NCBI GenBank assembly: GCA_963555985.3
Contig: OY820591.1
Span: 1,184,001-1,248,000, forward strand
Origin: Dehalococcoidia bacterium
Lineage (GTDB): Bacteria > Chloroflexota > Dehalococcoidia > Bin125
Direction of reading: 5' to 3'
DNA: 64,000 nt
The notes beneath the pieces were generated by a model. It was not told the origin of the DNA. It saw nothing but the letters and a program-made list of their open reading frames with translations, and made no database searches. The translations under genes were made by a program, and so were the position numbers. Every line of letters starts with the position of its first letter. Positions within the stretch are counted from its first letter, which is position 1. Shown here in pieces: positions 1-8,469 of this stretch.

Positions 1-1689
1 GCCGGCGCGCTCGCCGACCTCGAATCCGAGCCGGGCACGCGGCGCGGCGGACTGGATGGCTCCAACTGCTGGGTGATCGACGGCGCGCACACCGCCAGCG
101 GCAAGCCGCTGGTCGTCGGCGACCCGCATCTCGCCTTCAGCGTCCCCCCGCAGTGGTACGTCATGCATATGCAGTGCCCCGAGTTCACCGTCGCCGGGCC
201 GTGCAGCCCCGGCTATCCGGGACCGGTCTACTACGGACATAACACGCAGATCGGCTGGACGATGACCCACGCCCAGGGCGACCGCTGGGACGTCTACCGC
301 GAGCGGATCGTGCGCAACGGCTCGGGCCCCGAGGCCAAATGGCTCGACAGCTCAGAACCGCTGCAACGGCGCGACGAAGTGATCGAGATCCGCGATGAGG
401 AGCCGATCACCCAGACCGTCTGGTCAACGCGGCACGGCCCGGTCGTGCACGGCGACCCTGAGTCCGACGACGAAGTCCTTGCCGCCCGATTTGGCCTTGC
501 TGACCCCTGCCACGACTTCGACGGAATGCTGACCATCTTCACCGCCGACAACATCCACGACGCGCGGCAAGGGTTCCGCCGCTACGACTCGATCTCAGGC
601 AACTTCTGCTTCGCCGACCAGCAAGGCGACATCGGCTACCAGTACACCGGTCGCATCCCGATCCGCGCGGCCAAGCTCACGCCGGTCAACGGCTGGGACG
701 GCGAGCACGAATGGAACGGCGATATCCCCGCCGACGAGCTGCCGCAAGACCTGAACCCAGCCGACGGTGTGATTATCACCGCCAACAATCGCACGACGAC
801 CGACGACTACCCCTACTACCTCAGCTTCAGCCAGACGCCCTACCGCGCCGACCGCCTGCGCGAACTGCTGCAAGGCCGCGACGACTGGTCGCCCGAAGAC
901 ATGCCCGAAATCCAGTCCGACCAGACCAGCCTGCACGCCCGCTACATTGCCGCTCGCGTCGGACGGGCCAACATCGGCAACGGAACCGCCGCCCCCTCCC
1001 GTCATTCCCGCGCAGGCGGGAATCTCGCCTCCGAGCTACAGGCGATGCTGGCCAACTGGGACGGCCACATGGCCGTTGATTCCGCCGCCGCGCTGGCCTA
1101 CTACGAGTTCTGCGAGCAACTGATCGCGCTGACCGTCCGTCCCTACTTCAATGCCCCGTCGCGGATTCCTCAGAGCTCGTACGAGGAGATGCGCATCCTC
1201 CACGAGCAATTGAAGGCGGATAGTTCGCTCACCCTGCCCAATGGCAAGTCTTGGAACGACGCGATCGCCGAAGCGCTCACCACCACCGCCGCAGTGCTGA
1301 CCGAGCGCCACGGCCCCGATCGCAGCCAATGGCAGTACGGCGACGCGCATCCCGTCACCTGGCGGCACAACCTCGGCCGCGATCCTGAACGCGCCGCTCG
1401 CTTCAATGTCGGCGATTTTCCCAAGGGCGGAGACGGCAACACGCCCAACAACGCAACCGGCTTGATCAACAAGCCCGCCGACCACGGCGTGAGTTACCGC
1501 CAAATCTTCGACCTGTCCGATCTCAACGGCGCACGGATCGTACTGCCGCCGGGCAACTCCGGCCGGCCCGACAGCCCGCATTACAGCGACCACATCCACA
1601 AGTGGCTGGAGATGGAGTACTTCCCGCTCTACATCGAGTGGGCCGACATCGAAGCCAACGCGGAGGGCGCGCTGACCCTGCGCTCGTAA
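1..1689 (+). CDS. Penicillin acylase family (Ntn-hydrolase) protein, 5' partial
   Basis: Frame open from base 1; GSNCWVIDG autoprocessing motif (nucleophile Ser at 61), GDPHL, GHNxxIGWxMT, TRHGP, ANN, PPGNSG...SPHYSD. Confidence 0.9.
   Translation, partial: AGALADLESEPGTRRGGLDGSNCWVIDGAHTASGKPLVVGDPHLAFSVPPQWYVMHMQCPEFTVAGPCSPGYPGPVYYGHNTQIGWTMTHAQGDRWDVYRERIVRNGSGPEAKWLDSSEPLQRRDEVIEIRDEEPITQTVWSTRHGPVVHGDPESDDEVLAARFGLADPCHDFDGMLTIFTADNIHDARQGFRRYDSISGNFCFADQQGDIGYQYTGRIPIRAAKLTPVNGWDGEHEWNGDIPADELPQDLNPADGVIITANNRTTTDDYPYYLSFSQTPYRADRLRELLQGRDDWSPEDMPEIQSDQTSLHARYIAARVGRANIGNGTAAPSRHSRAGGNLASELQAMLANWDGHMAVDSAAALAYYEFCEQLIALTVRPYFNAPSRIPQSSYEEMRILHEQLKADSSLTLPNGKSWNDAIAEALTTTAAVLTERHGPDRSQWQYGDAHPVTWRHNLGRDPERAARFNVGDFPKGGDGNTPNNATGLINKPADHGVSYRQIFDLSDLNGARIVLPPGNSGRPDSPHYSDHIHKWLEMEYFPLYIEWADIEANAEGALTLRS
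999..1027. repeat. ATTCCC-N8-GGGAAT (dRS3-like) palindrome inside the CDS
   Basis: ccgtcattcccgcgcaggcgggaatctcg is the exact reverse complement of intergenic 40193-40221; encodes RHSRAGGNL. Confidence 0.85.
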
Positions 1690-1734
1690 CACCCGCCCGT
1701 TCAATGCCTGGCGGGGTTGGCGGGGCCGTTGCGT

Positions 1735-2994
1735 TCACTCGCCTGTCGGCGGGGTGAACGGATACAGGTCGCCGACGGGCCGGAAGTAGCGCGCCATGAA
1801 CAACGCCTGTTCGCGCAAGAACACCCTCGGCGTCAGCAGCAGTGGCGCCGATCCGTAAGTGTTCGCGCCCGCGGCGGATGAACCGCCCCATGACGGCAAC
1901 GTTTCCTGCGTCAGTTTCATCATTGCGACCGCGGCGTAGCCCTGCGTCGTCGGCTCGTCCCAGATGAAGAAGAGCATCCGGCCATCGATCACCGCCTCGA
2001 TCGAATGGCGACCCACGCCGAATGTGGCCAGCGGGATTCGCAGATCGAATCTCTCCATGATTTCCAGGACGACATCACCGATCGCCCCGTTGAGCGTGAC
2101 GACGACGCCAACCCTCGGTAGGTCGGGTCGGGCCATTCGCGCTCCGATGGCGCGCGCGATGCCTTCCCAGTCGCCGATCTCCGGTGTGTAGAGGCGCTCA
2201 ACCTCGCCCCCGTATGCGTCGGCGAGTCCGTCGCAGCGGCGCTCGAGGCCCGTGTTCTGCGCCTCGTGGATGACGCAGAGCGCGAGGCCGCTGGTCCCGG
2301 CCGCGGTCAAGTGCTCGCCCGCCAGTTGTCCGCCCGTGACGTTGTCGAGGCCGACATGCATGACCGTGCCGACGGCCGAGGCCGCTTCAACCCCGGAGTT
2401 GAAGCTGACCAGGGCGATGCCCGCCTGGTCCGCGGCGGCCAGCGAATCCTTCAGCGGATCGGGATCCGCCAGCGTTGTCGCGATTCCGACTGCCCCGTCG
2501 GCGACGCACTGGTCGATCAATGCCGCCTGCTGTTCGGCGTCGTCGTGGCCGCCGATGCGAAGGTTCAGGTTCATGTCTCGAGCGGCAACGGCGGCGGCTG
2601 CGCGGGCGAAGCGCCAGAACACATCCTCCGCCGCGCCGTGGTGAATGAAGCAGTACAGGTCGTCGCTGCCCGGCGAATCGACCGCCAGGCCCGCTAACGA
2701 AACGGCGGACGATGATCTCCATTCGCCTACGGTTGCGTCACCGGGCAGGAACCGGGCCGTCGGCAGCAGACGCTCGCTCCAACCATCTACGCCGCCCTGT
2801 TGCAGTCCGACCTCCGTACGTCCGTCTGCAAGTACCCGGGCCTGGACGCGCACCTCATTGTCGTTGGTTCCGCCCTGCTGCGCTTGCGTCTGGCCGAGCA
2901 GATACGCCCCCAGCCCGAGTCCGACGACCACGAACAGGGCGAATACGCCCGCACTGAGCAGCCTTGGCTGTTGAATCAACGAATGCCATCTCAT
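1735..2994 (-). CDS. Sugar-type (RbsB/Peripla_BP_4-like) solute-binding protein with extra N-terminal domain, paralog 1
   Basis: N-terminal hydrophobic helix; HHG..DVFW, SFNSG, VGLDN, RCDG motifs. Confidence 0.8.
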   Translation of the reverse strand: MRWHSLIQQPRLLSAGVFALFVVVGLGLGAYLLGQTQAQQGGTNDNEVRVQARVLADGRTEVGLQQGGVDGWSERLLPTARFLPGDATVGEWRSSSAVSLAGLAVDSPGSDDLYCFIHHGAAEDVFWRFARAAAAVAARDMNLNLRIGGHDDAEQQAALIDQCVADGAVGIATTLADPDPLKDSLAAADQAGIALVSFNSGVEAASAVGTVMHVGLDNVTGGQLAGEHLTAAGTSGLALCVIHEAQNTGLERRCDGLADAYGGEVERLYTPEIGDWEGIARAIGARMARPDLPRVGVVVTLNGAIGDVVLEIMERFDLRIPLATFGVGRHSIEAVIDGRMLFFIWDEPTTQGYAAVAMMKLTQETLPSWGGSSAAGANTYGSAPLLLTPRVFLREQALFMARYFRPVGDLYPFTPPTGE

Positions 2995-3140
2995 GTCTGT
3001 ACTCCTTCTTGAGCGGCATTAACCGTCCAGTGCGGGCTGACGCCGCCAACGCTTTCTCGGTTTCGGCTGCCAGGATCGCGCGGAGGGCGTGATCCGGTCG
3101 TCGCCCGTCTAACAGCCGCGCCGTCACAGCGGTGCGTTCA

Positions 3141-4343
3141 TCAAGGCGCTCCCTCGCCTTCGCCGCCCGATCGCTGCCCGCCCCGGAATCGCTCGACCAT
3201 GCCGGCGAGCGCTTGGGCTGTCGCTTGCGCCCGAGCAAGATCAAACACTACCGGTTCCAGCAGCACCTTCGTGCCGCCGAGCACCAGCGACGCATCCCCG
3301 AAGCGTCCGTGAAATCCTGCCTGAGCCAGTGCACCCGCTGTCGTATACGCCTGCACGTGGGGATGGTCGTAGACCACGAAGAGCAGCTGACGCTCCAGGA
3401 CCTCGAAGATGGCGGCTAAGTCCAATCCGAAGGTGGCAAGGACGATCTGCCGCTCGCCAATCGCGTTTCGGGCGATCCCGCGCAAGCCGCCATTGAGCAG
3501 CAAGATGCCGCTCACGCCCCCAGCCTCAAGTCGTTCCGCGATCTGCGCCTGCGACCCTGCCAGATCGGAGACGCCGGTCGAGTCGATCCGCAGGCGCTCG
3601 ACCGTCCCCTCGAACGTCGCCTCCAGACCGTCGCAACGCTCTTCCAGTCCGACGTTTTCGGCTTCGTGAATGATGCAGAGGATGCGGCCCTCAATCCCGT
3701 TCGCGTTGAACGTTTCGCCGGAGCGCTCGCCGCCCAGGCGATCGTCCAGGCCAATATGCATGGCGCTGCTGCTGGCCGCGGCGTATTCCGCGCCGGAGTT
3801 GAAGGTCACGATTTGCACGCCCGCGGCGCGCGCCTCAGCCAGGGCCGGCGCCAGCGTTTCAGGCGCGGCCAACGTTGAGGCGATCGCAACCGCGCCGTCT
3901 TCGACGCACTCTCGTACCAATCCCGCTTGCTTGTCTGGCGTTGACCCGGTGACGAAGCGGAGGTTCATCTTCATGTCTTCGGCGGCCTGCTCGGAGCCGG
4001 TATCAACCCCGGACCAGAAGATGTCGTCCGCCTGACCGTGACCGACGATGCAGAACAATGCGCCGTCCTGATACCGCCCTGCGCCGACATCGAGCGGGGA
4101 ACTCACCAACCATCTGCCGGCCTCGGCTTCGGCCGATAGGAAGCGCGCGTTGGGCAGTTGCCGCTCGCTCCAGCCGCCGCCCGCTTCGCGTTCCTGCAAG
4201 CCAATTTCGACCCGGCCATCCCCATGCCGCTGCGCGACGAGCCGCACCTCGCCGCCGCCGGTGTGCATCGCCAACGCTGTTCCTGCCGCTCCAATGAGCA
4301 GGCAGACGATGCCGACCAGGACATACTTGTACAGGTCTCTCAT
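3141..4343 (-). CDS. Sugar-type solute-binding protein with extra N-terminal domain, paralog 2
   Basis: Signal peptide (ALA); GHG..DIFW, TFNSG, IGLDD, ERCDG; colinear with paralog 1. Confidence 0.8.
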   Translation of the reverse strand: MRDLYKYVLVGIVCLLIGAAGTALAMHTGGGEVRLVAQRHGDGRVEIGLQEREAGGGWSERQLPNARFLSAEAEAGRWLVSSPLDVGAGRYQDGALFCIVGHGQADDIFWSGVDTGSEQAAEDMKMNLRFVTGSTPDKQAGLVRECVEDGAVAIASTLAAPETLAPALAEARAAGVQIVTFNSGAEYAAASSSAMHIGLDDRLGGERSGETFNANGIEGRILCIIHEAENVGLEERCDGLEATFEGTVERLRIDSTGVSDLAGSQAQIAERLEAGGVSGILLLNGGLRGIARNAIGERQIVLATFGLDLAAIFEVLERQLLFVVYDHPHVQAYTTAGALAQAGFHGRFGDASLVLGGTKVLLEPVVFDLARAQATAQALAGMVERFRGGQRSGGEGEGAP

Positions 4344-4410
4344 GCGACACCACCATTCACTAGGATATCAGTGTGGCGTAATGATAGTGCCGTTAAATCG
4401 TGAAGTTCTG

Positions 4411-5646
4411 CTACGTCGTCGCCTCAACGCTGGCTCGCAGAATCGATAGCCCGCGCTCGAGATCCGCATCCTCAATCGTCAGCGGCGGCATCAGCTTGAC
4501 CACATCCGAGGCCGCGCCGCCCGAAGTCTCCATCAACAGACCGCGCTCAAACGCCGCCTCGGTAATCCGTGACGCCATCCCGTCAACCGGTGTATGTAGA
4601 CCTTGAAGCAACCCACGACCGCGCACCGTCGCGCGCAAACCTTCATGTTCCGACGCGATCGATTCCAGTTCCTCGCGGACGATCATCCCCTTGCGCCGCA
4701 CTTCATTCGAGAGCGAGTCGTCGCCCCACCAGTTCAGCGCCTCGGTCGCGGTCACAAACGCAGCGTTGTTCCCGCGAAACGTCCCGTTGTGCTCGCCCGG
4801 CTCCCAGATATCCAGCTCCGGCCGAATCAGCGTCAGCGCCATCGGCAGCCCCGCGCCTGAGATCGACTTCGAGAGGCAGATCAGGTCGGGCTGAATCTCC
4901 GCCGGCTCGAAGGAGAAGAACGTCCCCGTCCGTCCGCAGCCGGCCTGGATGTCATCCACGATCAGCAGCACGCCGTGGCGCTGGCAGCATTCCGACAATC
5001 CGCTCAGCCAGTCGAAGCTGGCGGTATGGAGGCCGCCCTCACCTTGCACCGTTTCGACAATCACGGCGGCAGGCGGTTCGCTACTGGTCAGGATCGCATC
5101 CAGCATCGAGATTGTATCCACCTCGGGACCGAGCTCACCATCGAATGGCGCTGTGATCTGGTACTCCAGCGGCACGCCCGCCGACTCGCGCTTGACGACA
5201 TTGCCGCTCAGCGCCAATGCGCCGAGCGTCATGCCGTGGAATGCGTTGCTGAACGAGACGATCGTCCGCCGTCCGGTCACCTTCCGCGCTAGCTTGAGCG
5301 CCGCCTCGACTGCGTTGGTGCCGGTCGGACCGGGGAACTGCACCTTGTACGACATCCCCCGCGGCCGCAGGATCACTTCATCAAAGCGCCGCAGGAAATC
5401 GCGCTTCGCGGGCGTCGCCATGTCCAGGCTGTGCAGTACCCCGCCCGATTGCAGATAGCGAATCAGCGCCTCAATCATCTCCGGCGGATTGTGACCGTAG
5501 TTGAGGCCGCCGGCGCCGCTGAAAAAATCCAGATAGGCGCGCCCCTGCTCGTCCCAGAGCGTTGCCCCCTGCGCACGCTCCCAGACGGTCGGCCAGGAGC
5601 GAATGTAAGAGCGTACGCTCGACTCGAGCTCCGAGAACGTGTCCAT
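4411..5646 (-). CDS. ectB: Diaminobutyrate-2-oxoglutarate transaminase (EctB)
   Basis: ESSVRSY, DFFSGAGGLNYGHN, GPTGTNAVEAALKLARK, DDIQAGCGRTG, LSKS, EHNGTFRGNN; start placed at MDTF. Confidence 0.88.
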   Translation of the reverse strand: MDTFSELESSVRSYIRSWPTVWERAQGATLWDEQGRAYLDFFSGAGGLNYGHNPPEMIEALIRYLQSGGVLHSLDMATPAKRDFLRRFDEVILRPRGMSYKVQFPGPTGTNAVEAALKLARKVTGRRTIVSFSNAFHGMTLGALALSGNVVKRESAGVPLEYQITAPFDGELGPEVDTISMLDAILTSSEPPAAVIVETVQGEGGLHTASFDWLSGLSECCQRHGVLLIVDDIQAGCGRTGTFFSFEPAEIQPDLICLSKSISGAGLPMALTLIRPELDIWEPGEHNGTFRGNNAAFVTATEALNWWGDDSLSNEVRRKGMIVREELESIASEHEGLRATVRGRGLLQGLHTPVDGMASRITEAAFERGLLMETSGGAASDVVKLMPPLTIEDADLERGLSILRASVEATT

Positions 5647-5757
5647 CGAATCACAGACCGTCGTTCTCGGCATTGACCGCCCTCACCTTCGCTCCCGACC
5701 GCCTCCTTCCACTATGCACCATCATCAGGTCGCTGTCAGGCTCAGCAAGCCGGTGTG

Positions 5758-7773
5758 TCAGTCGCCGCCCGCGTGATCGCCGTGCTCGTGATGCGCGGCG
5801 TGGTCGTGCTGATCGTGACCCTCGTGCTCGTCGTGAGCGCAGTGATCGGGCATCGGCACGTCCAGGCCCGGATTGCGGTCGAAGAAGCCCCACGGCTTCA
5901 GCTTGAAGCCCGCGCGGTGAACCGGCGCCACCGGCCAATCCTCCGGACAAACGATGTGGTTCATCCCCACCGTGTACCAGACCACGACATCCTCGTCCTG
6001 GAGCGAACGATCAGCCGCCATCCAGGCCGGAATGCCCTGGCCGGGTTCGCTCTGATTCGGATAGTCGCCCGCCGGGTAAAACTCGTCCGGCGAATACGGC
6101 GTCACGTGCAGCTGCTTGCGCGCGAACTTGGCCCGACCGCCGACCGCCGACTGCTCGTCCGCCATCATCCCGACCGTCTCGCCCGGAACCAGCACGTACG
6201 CCGGCGGCTGACCGAGCGGATTCGTCGTCGTGTCGTTGGCGATCCGCCAGTGGCGCGCCGAGGCCGAGTTGACCACGCTCGCCGCCTCCGACTCCCGCGA
6301 CAGCAGCCGCGCCTCCGCCGTGAAACCGTTCAGCAGCGGATTGTCCGGACCCGCCGGCAGCGGCACCGTGTCCACCTCGTAGACGCTGTTCGCGTCGCCG
6401 TCGACTTCCATGTCCAGGCGGAAACAGTAGAAGTGCTGGTGAATCGTGCCCGCCAGCCCGGGCTGAATGATGTGCCGCGTGATCTGCGGGTCATCCTCCG
6501 CAATCGCCGTCGTCTGGATGATCCCGGTCGCCTTGACCTCCTGCTCCCACGACCCGTCCTGGTAGAAGTACCAATAGAAGCCGTAGTCGTAGTTCCCCAC
6601 CGTCGCGATCGCCGACACCACCAGCCGCCGCGATCGCCGCACCCAGGACTCAGGACCGCGCTTCGTATCCGCGTACGTGTGCTTCCAGAGGATGCCAAAG
6701 TCCTCCTCGTGGATGCAGACTGCGTTCTTGATCGTGCGCGCGCCGCCGAATTCGTTCGTCACATGCGCATCCATGTAGACGATCTCGCCCAGACAGTCGC
6801 AGCCAAGTTCGAGCGAGTTCGTCAACCGGCCCAGGCCGCCCACCTCGCCGCTGTCGAAGGCGTTCTTGAAGTTCTGCGTGATCCGCGGGTCGCCGTAGGG
6901 CACGACCATCTCCGCCATCGACGCCCGGTAGCAGATCGGCCGCAGCCGGCCGTCGTCGTCATACGCGATCTGGTGCAACACCAGACCCTCGCGCGGATGC
7001 AGCGAGACCCGCATCTGCCACTTCTGCCACTTCAGCAGCTGACCCTCGAGCGTGAATGACACGCCCTCCGGCTGCACGATCTCCAGCGGCTTCAGGTCCT
7101 CGCGCGGATGCGCCGCCGCGTGTTCCCCGTCAAAGCGCAGCGTGCTCGTGGGAATCGGAACCGCATCTTCCTCGACCACTTCCAGCACTTTGTTGTTGAT
7201 CAGGTCGACTACCGCCATCACGCCCTCAACCGGGCGCCCATAGCCGTTGTCGTCCTCCGAGTCGCGCAGGTAGGCGATCCCCTTGAGGATGCGGTGCTCG
7301 GTCTCCCACTTGTTGCCGAAGTTGCCCGCCGGCCAGGGGTCGATCTGGATGTGCTCGAACTGATCCTCAGTCACGCCCTTGCGCATCATCGCCGCGCGCC
7401 ACTCAGGATCGTTCTTGATCGTCTCCTGCGCCCGTCCAAACTCCTCCCCCAGCGGGAACGGCTGAACGTCATTCCGGGCAACCCAGGACTCAACCGAGTC
7501 GTCGCCAAGATTGACCACCGCCTCATGCGTGTCGCCGTTGGACGTGTCGAAGACAATGACAAACGCCCGCCGCTCAATCGGATCCCCAGCGGAGAACGAC
7601 TTGACGGCCCGCTTGTCCGGCTCATGCAGAGCGACCAGAGGGAAGCGGATGGATTCCTGTCCACCAGCTCTGGCCTTAGCCAGTTCCGAGGCGCGGCTGA
7701 TCTCGTCAGGGGTCAGAGGATCGAGAGGGTGCGCAGTAGTTGCAGGCGCTGCGGGTTTGGTTTCGGTGACCAT
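5758..7773 (-). CDS. Copper-containing (TPQ) primary amine oxidase
   Basis: HPLDPLT N-terminus, NAFD catalytic Asp, TVGNYDY TPQ consensus, HQH Cu ligands, EDWPV, FFDRNP; His-rich tail. Confidence 0.93.
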   Translation of the reverse strand: MVTETKPAAPATTAHPLDPLTPDEISRASELAKARAGGQESIRFPLVALHEPDKRAVKSFSAGDPIERRAFVIVFDTSNGDTHEAVVNLGDDSVESWVARNDVQPFPLGEEFGRAQETIKNDPEWRAAMMRKGVTEDQFEHIQIDPWPAGNFGNKWETEHRILKGIAYLRDSEDDNGYGRPVEGVMAVVDLINNKVLEVVEEDAVPIPTSTLRFDGEHAAAHPREDLKPLEIVQPEGVSFTLEGQLLKWQKWQMRVSLHPREGLVLHQIAYDDDGRLRPICYRASMAEMVVPYGDPRITQNFKNAFDSGEVGGLGRLTNSLELGCDCLGEIVYMDAHVTNEFGGARTIKNAVCIHEEDFGILWKHTYADTKRGPESWVRRSRRLVVSAIATVGNYDYGFYWYFYQDGSWEQEVKATGIIQTTAIAEDDPQITRHIIQPGLAGTIHQHFYCFRLDMEVDGDANSVYEVDTVPLPAGPDNPLLNGFTAEARLLSRESEAASVVNSASARHWRIANDTTTNPLGQPPAYVLVPGETVGMMADEQSAVGGRAKFARKQLHVTPYSPDEFYPAGDYPNQSEPGQGIPAWMAADRSLQDEDVVVWYTVGMNHIVCPEDWPVAPVHRAGFKLKPWGFFDRNPGLDVPMPDHCAHDEHEGHDQHDHAAHHEHGDHAGGD

Positions 7774-7864
7774 GGTGGGTGTCTCCTGTGTTCCGGTCTT
7801 GAGCGGAGAGTAACCGAATTTGAGCAGACGTGAGACATGTCCTGAGACAGACACACTGGAGGTA

Positions 7865-7894
7865 TTGACATCATTGCCAGCATTGAGACACAAT
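7865..7894 (+). promoter_or_regulatory. Sigma70-like promoter for the 7918 operon
   Basis: TTGACA(7865)-N18-CACAAT(7889); AGGAGGA RBS at 7907; TGAGACA repeated at 7831, 7843, 7884. Confidence 0.55.
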
Positions 7895-7917
7895 GCCGAA
7901 CGAGATAGGAGGAACAG

Positions 7918-8469
7918 ATGAACATCGAGGTAGACAGCGAGGTATTCGCAGCCCTCCAGAGGGAGGCGGTGCCGCTAGTGGACAATCCCAATGACGTATT
8001 GCGGCGTCTGTTGGGACTCGATCCGACTGAAGAAAGAGCCTCGGCCGGTGATCAGATTGTCTTTCAGCCGCCTCTCCCACGCAGGCCTGCACAGCGTGCC
8101 GCCTCCTCGAATGGAGCTGCGGGGACTGGGAGTGCCAAGCGCCCTTCAAAGTCCAGACGCGCTGCGGGCGAATTGCTCCCCTTGGAGGCGTACTGCCCAC
8201 ACATCTTGCAAGCGCTGATTGCCAGTGGCGGAGAGCTCCGTAGTCGCGAGGTGCCCGACGCGCTCGCGCCCTTGCTCGAACCTCACCTGTTTGCCGCAGA
8301 TAAAGGACTGGATGCTGATGGTGTTCCTGTCTGGCATGGACGAGTCGGCTGGGCCGGAAGCCTCTGTCGCAAGGCGGGTCACCTGGATCTAGCAGCCCCA
8401 CGAGGCATTTGGCGGATCACCCACGACGGCCGCGAAGCAGCGGCGAATGCGAATGGAGAATCGAGATGA
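7918..8469 (+). CDS. SeqA_N-like (RHH) + Mrr N-terminal winged-helix DNA-binding protein
   Basis: MNIEVDSEVFAALQ..DNPNDVLRRLLGL N-terminus; ILQAL..GG..W..RVGWA..L.K.G..RGIW.IT..G C-terminus; strong RBS. Confidence 0.7.
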   Translation: MNIEVDSEVFAALQREAVPLVDNPNDVLRRLLGLDPTEERASAGDQIVFQPPLPRRPAQRAASSNGAAGTGSAKRPSKSRRAAGELLPLEAYCPHILQALIASGGELRSREVPDALAPLLEPHLFAADKGLDADGVPVWHGRVGWAGSLCRKAGHLDLAAPRGIWRITHDGREAAANANGESR

